This document shows, piece after piece, positions 9,901 to 17,436 of a DNA stretch of 64,000 nt. The notes beneath the pieces were generated by a model. The model made no database searches. It was not told the origin of the DNA and saw nothing but the letters and a program-made list of their open reading frames with translations. Source of the DNA: Bacteroidales bacterium (GTDB taxonomy: Bacteria > Bacteroidota > Bacteroidia > Bacteroidales > JAEINX01); contig JAEINX010000003.1 in NCBI GenBank assembly GCA_016342645.1, positions 667 through 64,666 on the forward strand, in the 5' to 3' direction. Position numbers and translations under genes: made by a program. Position 1 is the first letter of the stretch. Each line of letters starts with the position of its first letter.

Positions 9901-11032
9901 TGGTAGTTTTGGCAGTCTTCTTAATGGTCAGACTATATTTTGGTTGTCGAGTGATTACTTTCAGGAGGCTTGGTACAGATCATTAAGGTATAGTAATGAC
10001 AAAGTAAGTAGAGGCTTAGGTTATAAGACTTTTGGTCGATCAGTTCGTTGTTTGAAAGGTAATCAACCACCCCTTGGTTCACCATCCTCTCCCAATCCTA
10101 TAGATGAATCGGAAAACCAATCCATTGAAAGTTATATTTCCTGGTTATGTTTTAAGCCCAAGGGCGAAGCATTAACTTATGATATTTATTTTGGCACTGA
10201 TACTACTCCACCTCTATTAGCCTCAGGGCAATCGGAGACAACTTACAATCCGGGGGTATTGGAAAATAGCAAAGAATATTTTTGGAAAATTGTTGCCCAC
10301 GACTCCAATAACAATTCTTCTGAAGGGCCTCTTTGGAGTTTTATCACCATAGTATCAGGGCCATGGCAATGCGGCGATCAGTGTTTTGATTCACGCAATA
10401 GCAAAACTTACAACACTACTTTAATTGGCTGGCAATGCTGGATGGCTGAGAATTTGAATATAGGTATTATGTTAAATCCTCATGAAGAAATGACTAACAA
10501 TGGAATAATTGAAAAATTTTGCTACTATGATGTTGTTGAAAGTTGTTACGAGTTAGGTGGACTATATAAATGGAACGAAATGATGCAATATACAAACGAC
10601 ACAGCAAGTCAGGGTATCTGTCCTGCCGGATGGCATTTACCTACTGATTATGAATGGAAAATACTTGAAGGTACAGTTGATAGTCAATATCCTGTGGGAC
10701 ACTCAATTTGGGAGCAGGTAGGAGGGAGAGGCCATGATGCAGGTCACCGATTAAAATCAACATGCGGCTGGCGTAGTAATGGAAATGATCTTTATGGTTT
10801 TACGGGTCTTCCCGCTGGTTTTCGAAGCACCAATGGTAATTACTACTACATTACTCAGGATGCTATTTTTGGATCTTCTTCTGAGTACGATAATAATAAT
10901 GCATGGTCTCGGGGTCTGGCCTACAATATCCCCGGAGTTTACCGATATAATAATAAAAGTAAGGGCAACGGTTTTAGTGTTCGATGCTTGAAGGATTTTC
11001 CCGGAAAAGGTTCAAAAAATAATATTGATTAA
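6941..11032 (+). CDS. Giant secreted mosaic protein: module A, CarboxypepD_reg-like domain, 2x module B, 3x Fib_succ_major (TIGR02145) domains with Fn3-like linkers
   Basis: 1363 aa with a signal peptide (MKNLYKIFLFLLILLSSTVTFSQ). Module A: HFGIEDE...GDEIAIFDGDLVVGV...NPWGDAYTGDVFPYG. CarboxypepD_reg-like: GEYFIKNVEPGVYHIKANAEGF. Module B pair: NWVNNIGDWVTTEGYLFKM and PEWINSIGDIQAGEALLVKM. Three CGDxFxDxRN...IGxQCWMAENL...YCY...GGLYQW...GICPxxWHxPTDxEWKILEG...S[VI]RCLK domains start at nt 8504, 9431 and 10370. The linkers read ENQS...YD[VI]YFGT...YFWKI...GPLW[ST]F. Confidence 0.85.
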   Translation: MIMKNLYKIFLFLLILLSSTVTFSQTNKINTQKNSTSPRTEIAPILLSATPGIEEIRLEWKAIPENGKTNQTHFGIEDEHWTISPNPSGDTWDIYIGNARFDAKDMEAGDEIAIFDGDLVVGVLTLTEVRTPDNQLSNPLIAFELLQFEPGYAAGSPFTLKAYDKSQHIESIGFEYTFSNPWGDAYTGDVFPYGNAIYSLAELEFTSGIYIPEFNIYYEDGTLVAAEIEGTSYADKFLFAGQEYSYYITQILESGMESNPSKVLCAIPAQQPFGVIDGEITNGVDPLKGAIITIEGTEYIATTNKYGEYFIKNVEPGVYHIKANAEGFKTEIQYYSEVIAGEITKANFILTGLQTYPLKTGYQFISSRLIQENPDMLNVLENNLNDNLNFVRNTAGQTLTKIGSNWVNNIGDWVTTEGYLFKMNNEDELIITGQPVNPQTQVNLSAGYQMISYLQLRPNNALELFEGVLDNLDFARNTDGDMLRKIGPEWINSIGDIQAGEALLVKMLANDVLIYPAIFKTCGDPFTDARNGQIYNTVLIGEQCWMAENLNIGEIINGIEEMTDNSIIEKYCYNDSTLNCDTYGGLYQWNEMMKYTGDTARQGICPAGWHLPTDYEWKILEGNVDTQYGVGDPEWDEEGKRGYDAGFNLKAIIGWTTHGNGSDVYEFATIPGGMWYKNEGYLNIGYNARFWTSMGYNYNKAWTRSFSPEKKTFRYGRKKENGLSIRCLKGIYIYPPSSPDPEDGAENQSIEHDISWLCTDPEGNATYDVYFGTADTLKLVSFGQSEITYDPGTLKHNKQYFWKIIVRNIHGNTTEGPLWTFVTVDEGPWECGDQFYDSRNGETYNTTLIGWQCWMAENLNIGKMLNGNEEMANNNIIEKYCYDNDPANCYEFGGLYQWFEMMQYNAMPGTQGICPDDWHIPTDDEWKILEGTVDSQYPIGDPIWNNNGSRGFDAGLNLKSTIGWRDNGNGSDLYDFTALPGGWRLEDGSFGSLLNGQTIFWLSSDYFQEAWYRSLRYSNDKVSRGLGYKTFGRSVRCLKGNQPPLGSPSSPNPIDESENQSIESYISWLCFKPKGEALTYDIYFGTDTTPPLLASGQSETTYNPGVLENSKEYFWKIVAHDSNNNSSEGPLWSFITIVSGPWQCGDQCFDSRNSKTYNTTLIGWQCWMAENLNIGIMLNPHEEMTNNGIIEKFCYYDVVESCYELGGLYKWNEMMQYTNDTASQGICPAGWHLPTDYEWKILEGTVDSQYPVGHSIWEQVGGRGHDAGHRLKSTCGWRSNGNDLYGFTGLPAGFRSTNGNYYYITQDAIFGSSSEYDNNNAWSRGLAYNIPGVYRYNNKSKGNGFSVRCLKDFPGKGSKNNID

Positions 11033-11082
11033 TAGTAATTGTTCTACGATTAATATTTCGGAATAATTACCTCTCTCCCAAC

Positions 11083-11245
11083 CCCTCTCCAATCCATACG
11101 GACTTCCTTAGGTTGTGGGAGAGGGGAGCGTACTCTCCAAATATTTGCCTATTTATTTATTGCAGTAGAAGCTGTTAAGTTATGCAAACAAAATCATCTC
11201 TCATGCAAGAGCCCTCCCCTTCTCTTTTTAGGAGAAGGGGCCGGG
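11083..11245. repeat. Two further copies of the GC-rich palindromic element between convergent genes
   Basis: 11083-11140 reads cccctctcc...tgtgggagaggggagcgtactctc. 11214-11245 reads ccccttctc-tttttag-gagaaggggccgggggatgaggt, the inverse orientation of the 6617 copy. Likely also a bidirectional terminator region. Confidence 0.65.
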
Positions 11246-11379
11246 GGATGAGGTCGAAGAATAAGATTGAGACTTGTTTATTTTTTAATCCAATCAAAAA
11301 AGGGAAATACACCATGTATTTCCCTTTCTCCCCCTCATATCCAAGGATACCATTTTAACAATGCTTATACATAAGCATT

Positions 11380-13251
11380 TTATTTAATAACCACTTTCTT
11401 TACGGTATTAAAATTCTCTCCTATACAACGTACAAAATAAACACCCGGAGTTAGATCACTTAAATCAAATTGAGTTGAATTTTCACTCATTTTGAAATTA
11501 CGACATGCTTTACCCTGCATATTGGTAATTATTAATTGAATATTACCGGAATGATTATTAATGGAAATATTAAATATTCCTTCGGATGGATTAGGACTGA
11601 TTGTAATTTCATTCTCCATTTCAATTGTAGATGATTTTTCGAATTTTGCAGAATTTATTAGAGTATATTCCATATCACCTTTCGGGAATGCTTTTCTAGT
11701 GTATGCATTTCCATAAGGATTTGCACACGAGAAATTATTAATTACAAATTCTTTCTCAAGGCTTTTATCCCAAACTTTTATTGTCGGTGTCATTCCCACT
11801 TTATAAAGATTGCTAAAAACAGGGATAGAATTATCTAATATTGAATCGGATTGAATAACCCCTGCACCGGCAAGAGTTTCTCCAAAATAAACGCCTATTT
11901 CATCTCCTATTTCAAATTCACCTTTATCAAAAAAAATAGTCCAGATATCTTGTGATGGATCACCAAATTCAACAATAAAATGTTTTGGTGAAAGCCTGGG
12001 TTTACTATTTTTTGACCGTTTTGATGATTTGGTTTCTTCGGCATCTTTAATACAGCGTAGGGATCTTCCCTCTAACTTTGAAACAGCAGTACGTTCCGAT
12101 CCATCTTCCACATCTTTTAAAGATCTAACAAACACTTTAGTAAGATCCTCGGGATTACGGTCAGATGTATAAAACTTACCCCAAGTTCCTTCATGACCAA
12201 AACTTCCACTACCAGTATTCCATGATTGGCCACCCGGAAGAGCCGTAAATCCTCTTGTATCTTGTCCATAATCGGTATTCCAATGGGTGTCGGTTTTCTC
12301 TTTTAGATTCTCTCCAACGTCATCACCTCGCCAGTTCCAAGAGTTCGCAGTAATAGTGGTAACAGTTTCTACTTCATTTTCTAAAGTTAACCACTCCGTA
12401 TCAGTTGGAATATGCCAACCTGATGGGCAAATACCTTGTGTGCCTGATGTTGTAACATATTGCATAATTTCATTCCATTGATATAATCCTCCGTAAACAT
12501 CACAACTATCTTCTATATCATCATAACAATATTTCTCAATAGTGGAATTGTCAGTTTGATCAGTATCAACATCAATACGAGTACCAACATTAAGGTTTTC
12601 CGCCATCCAACACTGATCACCTATTTGTACTGTTAAATAAACTTTATCATCACGGCTATCCGTAAAAGCATCACCACAATTCCAGGGGTAAATTAAGTCT
12701 TCTTCAGATTCCCTACTAACTAAATAGCCATCGCCCGGTATGCAATCTCCAATACCATTTACCCAGTTAGGGCCTATTTTACGCAACATATAACCGCGAG
12801 AATCTTTTACATAATTTAAATCATCGTCTTTTATTGTTGCAAAAGCTACCTCAGCGTCAAGATCATCAAAAGGAAGATAACTTACGTAAATAATATCATC
12901 ACAGGTAATAGGTGTCGTAACATCTATTACTTGCCCACTAAGTGTTAAAGTATGAGGTGCATATGATTTTACCAGATAACCCTCGGTAGTTACCCAGTCA
13001 CCGATATTGTTTACCCAGTTACCTCCTATTTCAACTAACTTCTGACCAAGTGAATTCTTTACATATTCCAGATCACCTAAATAATCATCAAATACAACCT
13101 CCATATCTTGATCAGTCATATCAATTCTGGTAGAAACGAAGGTAAAACCAGTAATATAACCAATTTCTTGAGGTATTTCTACAACTTGTGCATAAATAAA
13201 TTGTGTACTGATTAGGGTCAGTACTAACCCAATTCTTAATAATTTTTTCAT
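11380..13251 (-). CDS. T9SS-sorted mosaic protein: 2x module B, Fib_succ_major domain, module A, T9SS C-terminal domain
   Basis: 623 aa with a signal peptide (MKKLLRIGLVLTLISTQFIYAQ). Module B pair: GNWVNNIGDWVTTEGYLVKS and PNWVNGIGDCIPGDGYLVS. Fib_succ_major: CGDAFTDSRDDKVYLTVQIGDQCWMAENL...YGGLYQW...GICPSGWHIPTDTEW...SLRCIKD. Module A: HFIVEFGD...GDEIGVYFGETL...KVWDKS...NPYGNAYTRKAFPKGDMEY. CTD: ISPNPSEGIFNISI...LTPGVYFVRC...VVIK. Confidence 0.85.
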   Translation of the reverse strand: MKKLLRIGLVLTLISTQFIYAQVVEIPQEIGYITGFTFVSTRIDMTDQDMEVVFDDYLGDLEYVKNSLGQKLVEIGGNWVNNIGDWVTTEGYLVKSYAPHTLTLSGQVIDVTTPITCDDIIYVSYLPFDDLDAEVAFATIKDDDLNYVKDSRGYMLRKIGPNWVNGIGDCIPGDGYLVSRESEEDLIYPWNCGDAFTDSRDDKVYLTVQIGDQCWMAENLNVGTRIDVDTDQTDNSTIEKYCYDDIEDSCDVYGGLYQWNEIMQYVTTSGTQGICPSGWHIPTDTEWLTLENEVETVTTITANSWNWRGDDVGENLKEKTDTHWNTDYGQDTRGFTALPGGQSWNTGSGSFGHEGTWGKFYTSDRNPEDLTKVFVRSLKDVEDGSERTAVSKLEGRSLRCIKDAEETKSSKRSKNSKPRLSPKHFIVEFGDPSQDIWTIFFDKGEFEIGDEIGVYFGETLAGAGVIQSDSILDNSIPVFSNLYKVGMTPTIKVWDKSLEKEFVINNFSCANPYGNAYTRKAFPKGDMEYTLINSAKFEKSSTIEMENEITISPNPSEGIFNISINNHSGNIQLIITNMQGKACRNFKMSENSTQFDLSDLTPGVYFVRCIGENFNTVKKVVIK

Positions 13252-13282
13252 TTTAATTTTTTTTGTTAATAATTAATTTATT

Positions 13283-14248
13283 GAGGTGTTCAAATAATTT
13301 CTTATATTGTAAGCCTAAGTTTGATTAAAATCTAATCATTATGAAGTTTAAAGGAGAAAATATTTTGAAGTTCACAAATAGGTTTCCAGATGACTACTCT
13401 TGTTTGGCGTATTTATCAGAGCAAAAATGGACTGAAGGTTATAAATGCAAAAAATGTGGGCATAACAAATTTACAATCAGGAAGAAAAATCTTGCAAGGG
13501 ACTGCAATAGATGCCATCATGTAGAGAGTCCCACAGCCGGTACGCTTTTTCACCGTGTACGGTTTGGAATCAGAAAAGCATTCGGTATTGTGTTTGAAAT
13601 GAGCGCAACAACAAAAGGCTTATCTTCCTCACAAGTGGCCAAGCGGTATGAAATAAGCAGAACTACTGCCTGGACTTTTATGCATAAAGTGAGAAATGCC
13701 ATGAAAAGTAGTAAAAATCATCCGATTAGTGGCGATGTTCAGGTTGATGACTTTGTGTTTGGGGGAAAGGAAAGCCTGAAGCAAGGAAGAAGTACTAACA
13801 GTAAGAAAAAGAAGATTGTAGGAGCAGTTGAGATTACTGAAGAAGGAAAGGTTAAGCGAGCTTATTTCAAAAAGATATGTGATTATTCATCAAAGTCATT
13901 GAGCTGTATTTTTGATAACCATATATCGAAGGAAGCATTTGTTCTGACAGATAAATGGACTGGATATGTTCCTATATCAAAACGTTTCAATATAGAGCAA
14001 AAATACTCGGATAAAGGAGGAAGTATGAAGCAGATGCATACTATTATTCATCAGCTAAAATCATGGTTGAGAAGTACTTATTCATGGGTTCATGAGGAAC
14101 ATATTGAGAAATATTTAGACGAATTCAGTTTTAGAATAAATCGCTCTATTTACAAGCAAATGATCTTTCACAACCTGATTTCTCGAATGATAAATTCTCA
14201 ACCTATTACATATAAAATGATTAAAATAAGTACCTAATTGAACACCTC
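13283..14248 (+). mobile_element. IS1595-family (ISXO2-like) insertion sequence, 966 bp
   Basis: Terminal inverted repeats gaggtgttcaa (13283-13293) and ttgaacacctc (14238-14248). Flanking 12-bp direct repeat aattaatttatt (13271-13282 and 14249-14260). Uninterrupted paralogous copies of the target site exist at about 15611 and 16972. Confidence 0.85.
13341..14237 (+). CDS. IS1595-family DDE transposase with N-terminal zinc ribbon
   Basis: 298 aa with CKKCGHNKF...CNRCHH then ...TAGTLFHRVRF...GLSSSQVAKRYEISRTTAWTFMHKVRNAM, the ISXO2-like layout as I recall it. Confidence 0.8.
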   Translation: MKFKGENILKFTNRFPDDYSCLAYLSEQKWTEGYKCKKCGHNKFTIRKKNLARDCNRCHHVESPTAGTLFHRVRFGIRKAFGIVFEMSATTKGLSSSQVAKRYEISRTTAWTFMHKVRNAMKSSKNHPISGDVQVDDFVFGGKESLKQGRSTNSKKKKIVGAVEITEEGKVKRAYFKKICDYSSKSLSCIFDNHISKEAFVLTDKWTGYVPISKRFNIEQKYSDKGGSMKQMHTIIHQLKSWLRSTYSWVHEEHIEKYLDEFSFRINRSIYKQMIFHNLISRMINSQPITYKMIKIST

Positions 14249-14440
14249 AATTAATTTATTTGATAAAAATGGCATCATGCTAATCAATAGCATTACATAT
14301 ATATAATGGGGGGATTTTAAACAAATTAATAGCATTATTTGTTTTTTATTTTTCTAATTACTAAACGGAATTATTCCTACACTAATTTTCAAATCTATAT
14401 AGGATTAATGATATATAATAATCCTTATATTCCCAATTTA

Positions 14441-15160
14441 TCAATTGGTACTCATTTTCCCCGTCTTTGATTTTGTATTCACAAATTCAATCGGTGTCAG
14501 ACCTATTTGTTTGTTAAAAAGTCTGTAGAAAGACGATTTGGAATTAAAGCCTGATTCCTTTGCTATTCCTTCCACAGTGTACTTTTCCCAAACCAAAGGG
14601 TCGGATAATAATATGATCGCATGATTTATTCTATACCCATTAATAAAACTTGTATAATTAATTTCGCACATTTTATTTAAAACAGCCGACAATTCACTCC
14701 TGTTTGTTTTCAGCAGTTTTGAAAGTTTTCCAAGACTCAGGTCCTTCTTCCTGTATATTTCTTCTTTCTCAATTAATTCAATAAATTGCGTATAAAGCTT
14801 ACGTTGTTTTTCAGAAATACAATTATTACCTTCATTGAGTAACTTTCTATGGTGTTTTTCTGCTAACTCCCTGTTTTCCTCGCATAATTTCTTTAAAGCA
14901 ACTTGCTTTTTCCTGTATAAATTTCCAAAAATTATAAAACCTAAACTCGTAGCAATTAGTAAAATGAAGTATAATTTATTTTTTTCATCTTTTCTTTCTA
15001 ACTCAAGTTTATACAATTCTAAAACCCTGTCCGTCTCATTTAGTACCGTACTACTTCTATCCTGCCCAATACCGCTATATCTTTCTTCCGGTATTTGTCT
15101 TTTGTTACTAAAAGCCAAAAGGCTTAATATAATTACTGAAATCACTATTTTTTTATTCAT
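14441..15160 (-). CDS. Membrane-anchored AraC/XylS-type HTH regulator (copy A)
   Basis: 239 aa. N-terminal hydrophobic segment MNKKIVISVIILSLLAFS, a second TM segment LYFILLIATSLGFIIFGNL, a coiled region, then a C-terminal AraC HTH (LSKLLKTNRSELSAVLNK...INGYRINHAIILL...VEGIAKESGFNSKSSFYRLFNKQIGLTPIEF). Confidence 0.8.
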   Translation of the reverse strand: MNKKIVISVIILSLLAFSNKRQIPEERYSGIGQDRSSTVLNETDRVLELYKLELERKDEKNKLYFILLIATSLGFIIFGNLYRKKQVALKKLCEENRELAEKHHRKLLNEGNNCISEKQRKLYTQFIELIEKEEIYRKKDLSLGKLSKLLKTNRSELSAVLNKMCEINYTSFINGYRINHAIILLSDPLVWEKYTVEGIAKESGFNSKSSFYRLFNKQIGLTPIEFVNTKSKTGKMSTN

Positions 15161-15346
15161 ATTTTCTCTATTTTTTCTTTTAATTGCAGAAAATGAATTT
15201 TGTTAGCGCTATTTTTGTAATTTAAAAAGAGTATAAATAAGGAATGCTAATATTAGCGTGTAGATCATCATGTTAAAAGCTTTATAAAACAGAAAAAACT
15301 TTCTTCACATCTAATCACATCCCATATATATTAAAGATTTTCAACC

Positions 15347-15398
15347 CCCTCGAGGGCCAATTCAAAGGGTTTCAAATCCCCAAAGGGCTTGGAAACCC
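15347..15398. repeat. REP-like hairpin pair (ccctcgaggg palindrome + GGGTTTC...GAAACCC stem-loop)
   Basis: 10-bp perfect palindrome at 15347-15356. The 32-nt hairpin at 15367-15398 has a 7-bp terminal stem and an inner CCC/GGG stem. Confidence 0.6.
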
Positions 15399-15547
15399 AA
15401 CGACCCAACGACTATCAGAACCAGTTTTTAACATATTCTTGGCAACTAATGAAATATGAAAACATTTAAGCGCTTTAACGGTTTATAAAAATAAATCTAT
15501 TTTCCTGACTCTCTTTGTCGTAAGTCTAATCTTGAACGATATATTCT

Positions 15548-15593
15548 TACTGATTAGGGTCAAAACTAACCCACTTTTAAATAATGTTTTCAT
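15548..15593 (-). pseudogene. Decapitated 5' stub (start codon + signal-peptide codons) of a family gene
   Basis: The minus strand reads MKTLFKSGLVLTLIS, matching MKKLLRIGLVLTLIS of 11380..13251. Homology ends at about 15548, and the frame then runs into unrelated sequence and stops after 37 codons. Confidence 0.6.
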
Positions 15594-15805
15594 TTTAAAT
15601 TTTTTTGTTAATAATTAATTTATTTGATAATAATGGCATCATGCTAAATAATAGCATTACATATATATAATGGGGGGACTTTAAACACATTAATTGCATT
15701 AATTTGTTTTTTATTTTTCTTATAATAAATGGAATTATATCCTACACTATTTTCCAAACCTATGTAGGATAAATGATATATAATAATTCTTGTATTCCCA
15801 ATTTA

Positions 15806-16525
15806 TCAATTGGTACTCATTTTTCCGATCTTTGAATTCATATTCACAAATTCAATTGGTGTGAAGCCTGTTTGTTTGTTAAAAAGTCTGTAAAAAGACG
15901 ATTTGGAGTTAAAGCCTGATTCCTTTGCTATACCTTCCACCGAGTACTTATCCCAAACCAATGGGTCGGATAGTAATATGATCGCATGATTTATTCTATA
16001 CCCATTAATAAGCCTTGTGTAATTTATTTCACTCATTTTATTTATCACAGCCGACAATTCGCTCCTGTTTGTTTTCAGCAGTTTTGCAAGTTTTTCAAGA
16101 CTCAGCTCCTTCTCCCTGTATATTTCTCCTTTCTCAATTAATTCAATTAATTGCATATAAAGCTTTCGTTGTTTTTTAGAAATACAATTATTACCTTCTT
16201 TGAGTAATGCTCTATGGTATATTTCTGCTAACTCCCTGTTTTCCTCGCATAATTTCTTTAAAGCAACTAGCTTTTTCCTGTATAAATTTCCAATAATTAT
16301 AAAACCAATACTCGTAGCAATTAGTAATATGAAGTATAATTTCTTTTTTTTATCTTTTTTTTCTAACTCAAGTTTATACAATTCTAAAACTCTGTCTTTC
16401 TCATTGAGTACCGTACTACTTCTATCCTTCCCAATACTGCTATATCTTTCTTCTGGTATTTGTCTTTTGTTTTCAAAAGCAAATAGGCTTAAGATAATTA
16501 CTAAAAGCACTATTTTTTTATTCAT
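15806..16525 (-). CDS. Membrane-anchored AraC/XylS-type HTH regulator (copy B)
   Basis: 239 aa, collinear with copy A. My hand count gives roughly 36 differences in 239 residues. Confidence 0.8.
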   Translation of the reverse strand: MNKKIVLLVIILSLFAFENKRQIPEERYSSIGKDRSSTVLNEKDRVLELYKLELEKKDKKKKLYFILLIATSIGFIIIGNLYRKKLVALKKLCEENRELAEIYHRALLKEGNNCISKKQRKLYMQLIELIEKGEIYREKELSLEKLAKLLKTNRSELSAVINKMSEINYTRLINGYRINHAIILLSDPLVWDKYSVEGIAKESGFNSKSSFYRLFNKQTGFTPIEFVNMNSKIGKMSTN

Positions 16526-16711
16526 ATTTTCTCTATTTTTTCTATTAATTGCAGAAAATGAATTTTGTTAGTGGTTTTTTTGTAATTTATAAAGCTTACA
16601 AATAAGGAATGCTAATATTAGCTTGTAGATCATTATGTTACAAGCTTCAAAAAACAGAAAAAACTTTCTTCACATCTAATCTCATCCTATATATATTAAA
16701 GATTTCCAACC

Positions 16712-16762
16712 CCCTCGAGGGCCAATTCAAAGGGTTTCAAATCCCCAAAGGCCTTGGAAACC
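16712..16762. repeat. REP-like hairpin pair (second copy)
   Basis: ccctcgaggg at 16712-16721 and gggtttcaaatccccaaaggccttggaaacc at 16732-16762. Confidence 0.6.
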
Positions 16763-16912
16763 TAACGACCCAACGACCATTAGAACCAGTTTTTAATATA
16801 TTCTTGGCAACTAATGAAATATGAAAACATTTAAGCGCTTTAACGGTTTATAAAAATAAATCTATTTTTCTGACTCTCTTTGTCGTAAGTTTAATTTTGA
16901 ACGATATATTCC

Positions 16913-16958
16913 TACTGATTAGGGTCAGTACTAACCCAATTTTTAATAAAGTTTTCAT
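16913..16958 (-). pseudogene. Second decapitated 5' stub of a family gene
   Basis: The reverse complement of tactgattagggtcagtactaacccaatttttaataaagttttcat reads MKTLLKIGLVLTLIS, which is closer to the intact gene than the first stub. Confidence 0.55.
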
Positions 16959-17436
16959 TTATTTTTTTTGTTAATAATTAATTTGTTTGATTAAAATGGC
17001 ATATTATCCTACATATTAGTATAATATGTTTATGTTGGTGTAATTTTGTTTTTAAACATCTGTTTTCTTTATTGTTTATATCCTATTTATTAGAACATCC
17101 TAAAAATCTTTGTAAATCGGTTTCTTAAATATTTGTAATGTCTTTTTATTAAAATAAATTAATATTACTATCCTATATTCACGCATTAATTCTGTTTTTT
17201 GCAAAAAGGTAACCCTGTTATATTAGAAATTTTGTAATTTAAAATAAATCTAAATCACAATCACTTATATTAACCAATATATCATTATGTTAAAAGTCGG
17301 AATTAAATAATTCTTTTTTGAAATTATGCAAGAGTATAGACATGCAATAAAGATTTTGATTCGAAACAGGCCTATTTTTCAAAAAGAATCTTTTTTATTT
17401 GTGCTATTTTGGGAAACCTTAGCCGTCATAAAGGCT

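Larger units (their letters stand above)
14249..16976. repeat. Tandem duplication, 2 units of about 1365 bp (AraC-type gene + REP-like hairpins + 5' stub of the neighbouring family gene + its upstream region)
   Basis: The stop-to-stop distance of the two AraC paralogues is 15806-14441 = 1365. The intergenic stretches are collinear, and a third partial copy begins at about 16977. Confidence 0.85.

Noticed and set aside
6941-13251. Diversity-generating retroelement acting on the lectin-like Fib_succ_major domains
   Set aside because: There is no reverse transcriptase ORF in the window. I could find no non-coding template-repeat copy of any C-terminal variable segment. The variation is not restricted to positions that would correspond to template adenines. 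It cannot be excluded for elements elsewhere in the genome.
14835-15206. 123-aa plus-strand ORFs (14835..15206 and 16200..16571) duplicated with the cassette
   Set aside because: They are antisense to the AraC-type genes, of low complexity (Phe/Ser/Leu-rich), and duplicated only because the whole unit is duplicated.
16609-16824. 71-aa ORF in the duplicated intergenic region
   Set aside because: The equivalent stretch in the other cassette copy (about 15244) hits a stop after 10 codons. The ORF runs through the REP-like hairpins.
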